Shown here in pieces: positions 25,790 through 37,812 of a stretch of 64,000 bases of DNA (position 1 is its first letter; every line of letters begins with the position of its first letter). The stretch lies in assembly GCF_006345805.1 (NCBI RefSeq), contig NC_043021.1:186001-250000 (forward strand), written 5' to 3'. The notes beneath the pieces were generated by a model. That model saw only the letters and a program-made list of their open reading frames with translations, ran no database searches and was not told the origin of the DNA. The position numbers and the translations under genes were made by a program. This DNA comes from Octopus sinensis (lineage: Eukaryota).

Positions 25790-27627
25790 AGGAAGTTCGA
25801 AAATGCTGCTGTATTCTAATGGTGAACTGGTGGCCTTGTTCCAGTATAAATTCTGATCCTTCTTTCAAGATGACACAGATTCCGCAGTTGGGCCTTCCAC
25901 ATTTTCTAACTGCTGGTTTTGTGGTTGATGTTGAGTGCAGTGTAGCTTGGGTTAAAATCCTTTTCAAGGATTTTGGTTGCCGTTTACTTTTAATGATGGT
26001 GGTTGTTTCGAGGATCCGGTTCATCTTTGGGTCTCCCTTTAGTAGGGCTGTGCTTTGTAGTATGGTGTTGAAGGCCTCATTGTTGAGTGGGTTGTGTGTA
26101 GAGATGTAGGGAAGGGTTTTTATTGTTTCTTTCTTTTTTGGTTTTGTTTGTCTCAGGTCTTCTATACTTAATTTAAGTACCCGTTGGATTGCACTGTCTA
26201 TTAGGGGCTGTGGAAAGTTTCTATTTGTGAGTGTGGTTCTAAGTTCCTGGAGACGTGTGTGTCGGGTGTTTGTGTCTGATATTATGGTGCAAATCCTTCT
26301 AGCTAAACAAAAAGGGACATTCATTCTAGTGTGTCGTGGGTGGTGGCATGAATCAATGGGTAGGTACTGTTTGGAGTCTGTCGGTTTATAGGACTAGCAG
26401 TATCGCCCGGCGTTGCTCGGGTTTGTAAGGGAAATAAATATAAAGCAATTTTAGAGAGTTTTATAGCCAAAAATAGCAAAAAAATGGGGGAAAATTATTT
26501 TAAATTTTTTTGAGAGTTCAAAGAGTTGAGTTGCGTCCCCTAGACAGATGTGGTTTGTGTTTCTGATTCTCGACCCCATGTCGAATTTATCGATTTTTTT
26601 CAGAACTGGGGAAACTTTCAAAATTTTCGCTGCGTTAGTTTTTGAATTATGACATTGGGCTATGTATGTGTCAAGTTTTCATCAGAATCGGTTGAAAGCC
26701 GTGGTCAGGGTGAGGGTAACAACCTAACAGACACACACACACACAGACCAGACAAAGGCCGTTTATATAGAGAGAGATATCTGTCTCTATTTTGTTGCCG
26801 GTTTTTCTTAATGAGGATGTCTAAAAATGGTAATTCTTTTTCGTTGTGGTCCATCGTGAATTGTATATTGTCATTTATTCCATTTAATAGAATTTTAAAT
26901 TCCTCAAGTTTCTCTATGCCTTTGTCCCAGATGATGATGAAACAGTCATCGAGGTATCTTTTCCAGTTGTTATGGATATAGGGGCGAAGGTGTTTCCATA
27001 TTTCTCGAGTGTCATCCGGTATAGTATTTTCTCGAGGTATCCCATCACTAGGTTGGCAAAAGATGGTGCAGTACGCGTGCCCATCGCTGTTCCCGATCTT
27101 TGCCTGTAGAAATCATTGTCAAAAATAAAATAATTGTTCTCTAAAATGAATCTAAGTCCTTCTATTATAGGTCTTTGTTTATGCGAGTTGGAGTTCAAAG
27201 GGGTAGTTATTCAGCCAGAAGGTGATTCCTAGGTGTGAGGGATGTTAGAATAAAGATTAACTACGTCGAATGATACTAGAAGGGTTTTCTCATTGACTGT
27301 TTTAGGGAGGTGGTTGAGCATATCTATATCGTCTCTTACGTAGCTTTTGATGTGTTTAGGAAAGGTTTAAGAAGTGTTGTCTAAGAAATTGCTGAGGCGG
27401 TGAGTTTCACATGCTGGCCCTGCTATTATCGGTCTTAGTTTAAGATCATTTGGTGAAGGGATTTTGATGAGTGTGTCGGTGGATGTTTTGCAGTTTCTCT
27501 AATGGTTTGGCTTTGGGTACCTTAGGGATACCATAGAACAAACTCGATTTGCATTTGAAGTTAGTGATGTATTCATACTCCTTGTTCGTGAGTCCTTCTT
27601 GGTATGTGTTGATTAATGTCCCTAAGG
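25790..27627 (-). mobile_element. Penelope-like element (RT plus truncated linker/GIY-YIG region), 5'-truncated, degenerate, interrupted by a Helitron
   Basis: FYGIPK, LRPIIAGPACETHRLSNFLD, SFDVVNLYSNIP, GTAMGTRTAPSFANL, RYLDDCFIIW, LPFLDILI, YKPTDSKQYL, KCGRPNCGIC. Confidence 0.92.
26394..26777 (-). mobile_element. Non-autonomous Helitron (384 bp)
   Basis: A|TCTCTCTCTATATAAA ... CCCGAGCAACGCCGGG hairpin-CGATACTG-CTAG|T. No TSD; AT target. Confidence 0.88.
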
Positions 27628-27711
27628 TTATATATATATTAAGGTTATATATATATATATTATATATATATATATATATATATCAAATAAGCAATAGGAT
27701 ATCAAGAAGTG

Positions 27712-27799
27712 ATGCAGTACGGCCGTTTCAAGCAGCTCCATTCAATTGAACAATGCAATCATTACATCAATTGAAATGCAGGGCTATCATCAGCTGCAC
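27712..27799 (-). ncRNA. Type I hammerhead ribozyme with extended stem II, in PLE terminal-repeat-like DNA
   Basis: GUGCAG-CUGAUGA-[57 nt hairpin]-GAAAC-GGCC-GUA/CUGCAU. Stem I 6 bp, full core, palindromic stem III. The base of stem II is imperfect. Confidence 0.72.
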
Positions 27800-28299
27800 A
27801 AATAAATAGAATTTTAATCAGTTGGGCTCATTAATATAATTTTTTTCACCTGTAATCGCTAATTTCGAAAATACTTCAATGTACAGGTGACGCTTTGCAC
27901 GCATGATACCCTGAGGTCTAATCTATTATTAATCAGGTTGTTGTTGTCCCTATACTTAAAAATCTCATAAGTTTCCACAGCTCACACCCGTATCGACTAT
28001 CTCTGTTTCTAACAAAGCAACAAAGTTCCTTCGCGGTAATTTGAGATAAGAACAACGACGAAAGTTACATGTTGAACTTTAGAAAACTCTTACAAATCAT
28101 AACTATTCCACTTATAGAGTTATGCATGTTTGTATATTTGTATGTAAGTATGTAAGTATTTGTATGTATGTATCTATGTATGCATATATGTATATATGTA
28201 TATTATACTTGTCCATCTGATGGAGTGAAGGTGGTGTGAGCAGGTAGTTGGGTAGATTACAGTTGTTAGAGGTTGGGTGTAGGCCAGGAGCTGTGTAGA

Positions 28300-28680
28300 T
28301 GTGTGCATACGTCTGTTGTAGCATGTCCTGTTAGGAGCGATGTTGTCTAAGCAGAAGTAACTAACCTTAACGTTGTATGAGTTGAAGAGTGTGTAGTACT
28401 TATGGTCTCTAGGAAAAGTTTCTTGGTCAAAAACAGGAAGCTCCTAACTATGTTGGGTGAAACCTATTTGTTAAATAGAGGGTTGAAACAGATTATCTTT
28501 CTCTTTCTTGCTCTCTTCGGGTGCAGAGGAAAGTATGGGATTTTCTAAATGTACCACTTTCTCAGTGAATCCACTCCTCCGTAAGCCTCGTTGTAATGGG
28601 AGCGGCTTTGTTGAAGTTTTCTGTCCACAGAAAATCTAGGGATTTTTCTATTGATGCCTGAAACTAGGTTTCTAATCACA
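28300..28680 (-). mobile_element. Fragment of a second PLE family (post-RT region)
   Basis: RARKRKIICFNPLFNK*VSPNIVRSFL ... FPRDHKYYTLFNSYNVKVSYFCL resembles the PLE RKRKIIWFNPP / KIFNRNNVKVSYSC motif. Confidence 0.7.
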
Positions 28681-28706
28681 ATTTTGCGCACACACACACC
28701 ACACAT

Positions 28707-28738
<32 letters not shown>

Positions 28739-28811
28739 CTATATATATATATATATATATATACAGATAGAAAGATAGATTGATAACTAGATAGATACAC
28801 AGAGAGAAGAC

Positions 28812-28877
<66 letters not shown>

Positions 28878-29092
28878 GGCAAACAATTCGTTGGTATTGT
28901 TGTAGAATCGAGTTCAACCCTGTTCGAGCAGGCATATTGATAGATTGATGGATTGATCGGTGGTGTGCGTATATTGTTGTGCAACAGTGTATGTAGAAAT
29001 GTGTAGACGCAGAATGTATGGAAATGGAAGGAAGGTGGCTCGGGACAGGAAAAGGAGAGGATTTAGAAAAAGAAAGAAAATTAGTAGTAGTC

Positions 29093-29130
<38 letters not shown>

Positions 29131-29254
29131 GGTGGTGGTGGTGGTAGGAGGAGAAGGATGAGGAGGGGAGGAGGAGAGGAGGGGAGGAGGAGGAGGGGAG
29201 GGGGGATTGATTGTGGTGGTTGCGGTGCTGGTGTTGGTAGCGGCGGCAGTGAAG

Positions 29255-29300
<46 letters not shown>

Positions 29301-29919
29301 AGTGGCGGTGATGTTATTAGTCGTATTAGTGGTGGGGTGGTGGTGGTGGTGGTGGTGGTGGTTGTCTATGGTGAGCAACTTTAAACCATGTTATATAAAT
29401 CAATGACAATTTGCTCAAAGTACATTCGTTTCAAATCCTATAAACATTATCTCACACACCAAGGCGCTGCACACATACACACCTCCCCATCCATTCCCGC
29501 CCCTCCTACACATTAAATGATATTCTTTACTCCTTCTCTCTCTCTCTCTATCTATCTATTTATCTATCTGCCTCCCTCTCTCACCGTCCCCTCACATCTG
29601 ACATTACATCCTGTCACACTCTCCTCCTCTTCATCCGTTCCCACATTAAGCTATGTTGTCTCTTTCCCCTCTCTCTTTCTCTCACTCTCTCTTTCTCTCA
29701 CTCTCTCTTTCTCTCTCTCACTTTCCGTTCACTCTCTTTCTCTCCCACCCCTCCACATTAACACCACTAACTAAACCCTTCCCTCTCCCACCCTTTACAC
29801 CATTCCTCACATTACATATAATCTTTCGTTTCTTCTCCATTTCTTCTTTTCCCCTGCCTCTCACAATAAACTGTTATCTATCTATCTACCCTCTATCTAT
29901 CTATCTATCTATCTACCCC

Positions 29920-29964
<45 letters not shown>

Positions 29965-29974
29965 TTATCTGATA

Positions 29975-30167
29975 TTACCGTGGGTTTTTTCATTCCACGG
30001 ATAAACCTCGTCAATGTTATATTTAATCTCCCTTTTGGGAGCTCTACTTAGAAAAAAACACGTTTTTTATTTCCTTGTGTACACGTCCCAAAACGTTTTC
30101 CATCCCTTTTGATCGTTTTCGAAAAGAAAAATTCTACATTGTATTTTGTGTTCGGCCTTGCGTGAAA
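29975..30167 (+). mobile_element. Diverged 3'UTR fragment of a Tx1-like LINE
   Basis: Shares ttaccgtgg, ttccacggNtaaacctc, atcccttttgatcg and aaagaaaa..tctac with the 3'UTR of the 42856-48900 element; flanked by (TATC)n. Confidence 0.65.
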
Positions 30168-30387
30168 TCTATCTATCTACCTACCTAATTTCAATCCATT
30201 AGATATATATCAAATAGTCGTCTGCCCGTCTACTTATCTATTTATCTATCTGTTTGTCTAACTAACGATCGATCTAATGCATTTAACTACCTATCTAGTC
30301 ATCTGTCAGTCTGTCTATGTATCTATCAACCTACTTTTCAATTCATCGGATTTATATATCAAATAGTCGTCTCTATCTATCTTTCTT

Positions 30388-30460
<73 letters not shown>

Positions 30461-31361
30461 AAAACAAAGAGAGAAAGATATAACGTATACTTGCTATTGT
30501 TATTCTTATTAAAGTTAATATTGTTGATATTGTTTCATGCGGTGGTGGTGGTGATGGCGGCGGCGGCGGTGGCGGTGGCGACGGTGTGTTCATGGAGGTC
30601 ACTGTTTTACACAGCGGTGGCTGTGACCATGACGATCATCGTCATCACAGTGAATACCTATCTTTGGAGGTTTTCTGCGTGTGCGCGTGTGTATGTGTAT
30701 GTGTGTGTGTGTGTGTCTGCGTCTTCATCTACCTATGTATCTGTGACAGTATGAATATTTTGGCAAAAATGTGTGTGAGTGTGTGTGTGTGTCTTTTAGC
30801 CTAAATTATATCCATACAGCATTTGTTTTTAGCATTACCAGCGGTCTGTGTGTCTGATCTTCGACTCATGCACGCACGCACACACACACACACACCACAT
30901 ACACGCACACATATAAACATGTATGTAATCCAGAGACAAGAGAGGTCAGAATGATCTAATCCTGTTTGACCTCTTCTGGCTTAAGCGAGACTTAAATGGC
31001 CCTGGCAATGGATAATGTGATGTTAAAATGGACACATAATTCAAATGATAACAACCTCAAGATAATTGATGATGTTCATGATGATGATGATGGCAGTGGT
31101 GGTGGTGGTGGTGGTTTTCTTGGATGCGGACTATGTAAAATAACAAAAATATCAGGGTTACAGAATATACAAGTATCCCGATGAGCGTATATATATATAT
31201 ATATATGTATATATGTGTGTATGTGTATGTATGTATATGTATATATAAAATATATATATATATATATATACATATACACACACATATATACATATATATA
31301 TATACGTGTGTGTGTTTGTGTATACGTATGTATATATATATATATATATATAAAGAGAGAG

Positions 31362-31408
<47 letters not shown>

Positions 31409-31513
31409 GAGCGAGAGATCATAAGAATAATTATCAAGTCATGGTAACTCAACGAATCGTAGCACTCAATACATGGCGAACAATATTCTTGTAGATATCG
31501 TTAAGTTCAGTCG

Positions 31514-31548
31514 CTGTGACTGGAAGTTTCGTCTGGAACTCATGACAG
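31514..31548 (-). ncRNA. Decayed minimal hammerhead (2-nt core deletion)
   Basis: CTGT-C(--)ATGA-GTT-cca-GAC-GAAAC-ttcca-GTC-ACAG. Stems I-III and the GUC triplet are retained. Confidence 0.45.
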
Positions 31549-32048
31549 GAGACACTACGTAGGGCTAAAAAAGGTTCAAACTTAGACTCCGATATCTTTA
31601 CAGGGGATCGATTCCACAGGGTAAAGAGCGACTATAAGAGGGATCAAGCTGAGCAGATATAGAGACAATTATGCGGAAAAATACAAATTAGGTATAATAC
31701 AACAGTCTGGGCACAAAATATGTGTACATGAAAAACGAGAGAAATCGAGAGAAATTAAAAGATAAAGACTTTCAGACGATGAATATTTAAGTACAAATTT
31801 ATAGATATTTCTCTCATTTATCATGGATACATTTATGCATATTTTGATTTTCATACCCAAACTGTTATATGATATTCAATATATCTAATTTGTTTATACG
31901 CATAATTGCCTCAGTTAATATATATATATATATATGGGTTTGTTTCAGAAACAGCAGCTAAATCATTGCTCATGTCATATTCGTCTAATGAGACATATGC
32001 AAGTGTTTTAGAGACAGTCTACAAAAGTGAGATCGTCATCATCATCAT

Positions 32049-32095
<47 letters not shown>

Positions 32096-32650
32096 CCATC
32101 ATCATCATAGTCCTCGTCGTCATCATCATCATCATCATCATCATCATAGTCGTCGTCATAGCTACATCGCCATCATCGATAAATCCTCAGCAAAAAGACC
32201 ACCACTACTACTTTAATAAACCCAACACCTGTAACATCATCATCATCATCATCATCATCACTGACATCATCATCAAAACTACCAACCCCACCACAACTAC
32301 CACACCTGTAATCACCACTACAACCACCCGCACCACCACCTGTACTCTTATTTCCATCGACCTCATCACAACCGTCTGCTTATATAATAAACACTATAGA
32401 AATATCACAATAGAAATGTATCAGCCGACCTCAAACATTCTCCTCCGTCTACTGACCGCCATCTTATTTTAGGTTCTCAACTTTTCTTACAAAACTTGAC
32501 ATTTATTTTGTATTTTATTTCATTTTATTTTATTTTATTAATTCTTTGACGGATTTCATCATTTCTATCTTTCTGCTACAATGTTTCCACTAAATCCTCA
32601 AGTAATCGCTTCTTTAAAAGTAAGGATTATACATCCGTAATACATACATG

Positions 32651-32698
<48 letters not shown>

Positions 32699-32806
32699 GG
32701 TATGTTACTGCAACAGGGAAAATACAGCTTAAAATATGAGCGTATGAATATATATATCTATATCTAGCTATCTATCTCTCTATCCATATATGTATGTATA
32801 TATATA

Positions 32807-32865
<59 letters not shown>

Positions 32866-32875
32866 TATATTACAT

Positions 32876-32918
<43 letters not shown>

Positions 32919-32919
<1 letters not shown>

Positions 32920-33060
32920 CATTGCTATTATGTTAAACTGTCGTATGTCCAACTTCGTCAAATGCATTTTTTTTCAACATTTATTTCTTGCTTGCAATAG
33001 CCGGTTCTTTTGGTCAAACTATCGTATCTCCAGCTGCTTCATATGCCAAGATATCAAAAA
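32919..33060. mobile_element. Partial inverted copy of the 8413-8666 MITE; a lone terminus also at 33379-33420
   Basis: gcaatagccggttcttttggtcaaactatcgtatctccagctgcttc matches the reverse complement of ~8540-8586. Confidence 0.7.
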
Positions 33061-33321
33061 TGCAATAGAGGACAATAAAGCATTCGGACAGAATGACGAT
33101 ACAAAGGCGGACAGGAGTAACAACAATTAGAAGGACAGGGGAAAAGAAAAGACGGGTCATTTGTGGTCTTCTTTCCTCAGCCAAGTAACCGGATGTCCTT
33201 ACTCTTTTGGGCCGTTACACTTATGTAGTTGAAATTTATAGAAAAGCAAAAAACGAAGACAGGTGTATGAACAGCAAGCAGGTGTATTAGTTTGACGCTC
33301 AGGAAAGTGAAAGAGTTTTTT

Positions 33322-33348
33322 ACGTTTCGAGCCTACGCTCTTCAGCAG
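33322..33348 (-). ncRNA. Minimal hammerhead variant in a PLE-terminal-like repeat
   Basis: CTGCTGA-A-GAGC-gtag-GCTC-GAAAC-GT; core A6 replaced by C. Confidence 0.5.
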
Positions 33349-33421
33349 AAAGGAATAAGTGAATATATATATATATATTCGTTGCTATTATGCAACAGTG
33401 TCGTAAGTCCAAAACGTTGCT

Positions 33422-33481
<60 letters not shown>

Positions 33482-33971
33482 TACGCAAGCACGCATGTAT
33501 ATAGGCACATATATGTATACACGCGTACACGAAACATGTATGTGTGTGTGTGTGTGCGTTCGTGTGTATGTGTGTGTTTCCACCCAACATTCCTTCTCCT
33601 CTCAGATATTCTACTCAACCAACACCCACGTCTACATCTCTTAGACACCAACCAATATTTTTTGCCATTCTCTTCTCTTCAATCTAAAATTTATTTCTGA
33701 ATATTTCGGGGGCCTTTTTTTACTTGTTTCTTTCTCTCCTTTTCACATTCTTTTATGTGTCTAAGTTTTCCCTTTACGGTTTTTTTTCTGCTTATTTGAG
33801 CCACTTTTTTTCTTTCTTTTATATTTATTTATTTATGTATTTCTTTGAAAATATATTTTGAATATCAAATATTAATGTTCTGTCCTGTCTTTTATTTCTT
33901 CAGCTAATTTCCTCTTCTATAGTCTTATATATCACTCAGCTTTTTCATTGTTGCCCTATTTCAGATATTGT

Positions 33972-34095
<124 letters not shown>

Positions 34096-34154
34096 AGCAA
34101 AGTAGTTAGGTATAAACTGTCAGTACGCGATACAAGTACTAACTCTACTGAATA

Positions 34155-34517
34155 GTAAAGGCTGTTACAACCTCAACGAGGCTGTTCCATACAGTACATA
34201 CTTAATGCTACTCTTATTTAACCCCAGGAGGACATCTTCTCCAGCTAGTTATCGACATACGGTCTGTGTCCGTTATATTGCAAACAAGGGAGCTATATTA
34301 TAAACAACAGACTAACTAGTTTCTGGGTATAAGCCTTCCTCGGTACTGGTTATACCTGTCTGAGAGACATGGCAGTCGTTCGTCCTAGTTTGCAATATAT
34401 AAATAAGCGACACAGCCGCTGATCTTACATCCAGCTGGAGGAGATGTCCTCCTGGGGTTAAAAAGAGTAGCAACGGTGGTCTATCTGGAACAACTTCGTT
34501 GAGGTGGTAACAACCGT

Positions 34518-34520
<3 letters not shown>
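34155..34520. mobile_element. Foldback MITE with long TIRs, flanked by (TA)n
   Basis: gttacaacctcaacgagg / ttcgttgaggtggtaac; tgctactcttatttaaccccaggaggacatc / gatgtcctcctggggttaaaaagagtagca; tattgcaaac / gtttgcaata. Confidence 0.85.
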
Positions 34521-34553
<33 letters not shown>

Positions 34554-34577
34554 GAGTCTAATACCCGTATAGGTGCT

Positions 34578-34797
34578 AGGGATGCTGAAAGGTTGGTGGC
34601 TTTGGGTAGAAGAAAATACAGGAGGACCAATTAATTATGATCTTATTCAACATGTTCCCCTCTCAGATTCACACACTTACTGCAGCGGTCCTTGAGTTTT
34701 TCTAAACCCTGTAAAGCGAACTCGGAAGTTTGGGCCCCCAACTAGGCCTTTCACGACACCCTTAAAGCCGGGAACTTTTCAGTACCCCTCCCCTCGA
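34578..34797. mobile_element. Mariner-type MITE
   Basis: TIRs gggatgctgaaaggttggtggcttt / aaagccgggaacttttcagtacccc. Confidence 0.75.
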
Positions 34798-36003
34798 ATT
34801 ACATATTACAAAGATGGAAGCAGGGGCAAGGTAATTTTATGAGTTACAGTATTTTCTCTGTGTAAACTCAAATGTTAAACGCAAGAATCGTCTGTCCGTG
34901 TGTCCAGAAAAAGAAATTGATCTTAATTTCAACGTTTATTAACCTTTTGTTTGATCCCTCTTATTGCTGTCTACCCTCCTGATCAGTCCAGACCCCATAA
35001 ACTTATTATCTAAAACATCCTTTTTAAAAACTGTAAAGAGGAATTTGTCCTGCTATTTCTGGTAGCTTTTATTTAACTCCACTAATTATTTTGCAGTTAA
35101 TTAACCTTATCTAGAGTCAGATCAAATCCAGGCGTAATCGGTTATTACAAATACCAGTTATACAATAGGGTACAACCTATCAACGGCATCATTTCCCTTG
35201 CTTGTCGTCGTCTTCTTCTCCACCTCCTCCTTTTTCTTATTTTCTTCCTTCACCTCCTCTTCTTCTCTTCCTTCTTCTCCTCTTCTTTTCTTCTTCTCCC
35301 TTTTCTTCTTCCTCCTCCTCATCTTCTCCCTCTTTTCCCCTTCCTCTTCCTCTTCAACGATGCCGTATTTATTAAGGTTTTGCACCCTCATCCACTGTCA
35401 CGGCAGAGGCAAGCGGCTCCTAAAACCATTCTGTCTGCCTTTTCCCCTGTCATCGTCATCAGTTCGATCGCTGTCTCTGGCTCGACTACTTTATTTATCG
35501 ATGCACCCAACTCGCAAAGAAAGACAAAACCCAAGATCTGAAACTTAAGGTCATCGGAACGTAGCACATAAAGAGCTGGAACAAACACCACGAGGCATTT
35601 TGTTCCGGCAAATCTGTGTGTCAAGTACCTGGGTGGATAAAATATGTAAAAGACATGTCAGCTTTACCCCTGGTATTCTCAACAAAAATTGTGAAATTAT
35701 CGAACAAAAATTTTTTTCTTATCTTCAAAGTTGGTTTGGATGGCCATCTTTGAAGTGTCGTGGAATAGATAACAATTACCCTTTCAGGGTCTAAATTCGT
35801 TATATCCGCATTTATGATCAGTTATAACAAAGCAGATAAAATCGCACTGGAAATGTCTGTTTTGCATTCTTCTGGGGATGTTCAAACAAATACCAGTCAA
35901 ATTTTAGGATCGATTTCATCGATTGATTACCTTCTCTTCAAAATGTCTGTCCTTCCCCTATACACCACTGGTGAAATGAAATACTTTGTGGTGGTCGGGG
36001 TGC

Positions 36004-36069
<66 letters not shown>

Positions 36070-36681
36070 CAGTAGTAGTAGTAGTAGTAGTAGCAGTAGT
36101 AGTAGTAGCAGGAGCAGTACCATATGTTGGCCGTGGAGCAATATAATGGATTCACAACACATGCTGGTGAATGGCTGTTTCCATGTAATGCATCGATCGA
36201 TTTTTCTATTGAAGGTTTCCTCCTCCTCCTCCCCCTCCTCCCTGCGTCTTTCCAGCCACTCCACTTCACTCCTACCTACCCCCTCCCTCCACCCCCCCAT
36301 TCATGTGCGTCTTTCCTAAAGTCTCCACTCCTCCCCTCCCTGCCACCGCCTCTTCACGGTGACGGATATATGGAGCGTGACAATAGCAGGCTTGGGTAAC
36401 ACTCTGTCACTAGATCGATATTTCCGATTATTGATTATCCAGTTAGCAATCGATTTCTGGGTCATGTTTTAGCGATACACAGTACTGCGTACCGAACGCT
36501 GTGTATAGCGTAGCGTGTACTCTATGCTGTGTACTCGGGATTGTGCACGGTGTTCAGGTTATTTTGTACTGTGTACTGTATATTGTGTAGTGTGTACTCT
36601 GTTGAGTACTATATACTGTGTACACTGCATTGTGTACACAGTACATCGTGTAGTGTGTAGTGTGTACTATGAACTGTGCAT

Positions 36682-36915
36682 GAGGCTGAATTGCTGAATG
36701 GTTAGGGTGTTGCACTAACAATCGCGAGATCATGAGTTCAATTCCTAGATCTGATGGTACGTTATGTTTGTTGAGCAAAACACTTCAGTTCACGTTTGCT
36801 CTGCGATCACTTCGACATCTGACGCGTGGTGCACGGTGGACCTGTTCAGCCAACGTCGATTTGAGGGAGGGGTGGATGTAGAGCACAAACATTTGATCAT
36901 TATAAACAAATCGCT
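36682..36915 (+). mobile_element. tRNA-derived SINE (diverged)
   Basis: tggttagggtgttgcact...gagttcaattcc...ttgagcaaaacacttc. Confidence 0.7.
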
Positions 36916-37491
36916 TGTGAGGGTTTGTTCACCAGGTTCGATCTCTGTCCTCTGTACACACAACACGGCCCATATTACAGTGTTTTGAGCAACGCGTGTT
37001 AGATACAATGTAACGGTTGTACATATGTGTGAGTGACATTTTGAGTGAGTGTTTGATTGAAGGAAATACAGTGAATATCTGAGAATGTTGCTTCATGAGT
37101 GAGAGTATGAGCGAAAGCGGGAGAAGAGTAGCACGAGCGTGTGCTTTTGTGAGAATAAATATCTGAGAGAAAAATGAGTTTTAGGTAATGATATAGAGTT
37201 TGGTTAATGAGTGAGTGAGGTAAGAGTTGAGTGATGGTGTGGGGTGGCGATTTATTAATGTATATGTTGATGAGTGGTTAAATGGGTGATAATTGTGTGA
37301 TTGAGTGATAGTTGGAAGGACTGATGGAGTGAGTGTGAGAGTTAATGAATGCGTGATAATTGAACGGTTCACTTGTTTATTAGGTGAGTGATTAGTTAAG
37401 AAATTAAAACATCAGCAAAATAACATCAATCACACCTTAATTGATCCTACCACTTTAATGACATCCCTCCAATCAGTCCTGCACCTTAGTA

Positions 37492-37812
37492 AGGCGCGTG
37501 GTTTAGTGGTTAGGGTATTCGGCTGACGATCGTAGTGACGTGAGTTCGATTCCCTGCGACGCGGTGTCCTTGAGCAAGACACTTTATTTTACATTGCTCC
37601 AGTTCACTCACCTGGCAAAAATGAGTTGCACCTGTATTTCAAACAGACAGCCTTGCCACACTCTGTGGTCACGCTGAATGTCTCTGAGTACAGCATTAAA
37701 GGTTACGCATGTCTGCGGAGTACTCAGCCACTTGCACGTTAATTTCACGAGCAGGCTGTTCCAGCGATCGGATCAAGTTGACCATTCGTCGTTGCAACCA
37801 ACGGATTGTCAG
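37492..37812 (+). mobile_element. tRNA-derived SINE
   Basis: A-box tggtttagtgg, B-box gagttcgattcc, central gtgtccttgagcaagacacttt. Confidence 0.82.

Noticed and set aside
35388-35624. Minus-strand ORF behind a plausible acceptor (ttatccacccag)
   Set aside because: No homology and no donor; could be UTR or chance.
37492-37570. tRNA gene (also 23624, 36682, 62830)
   Set aside because: A and B boxes are present but there is no complete cloverleaf or acceptor stem, and each continues into a SINE body.
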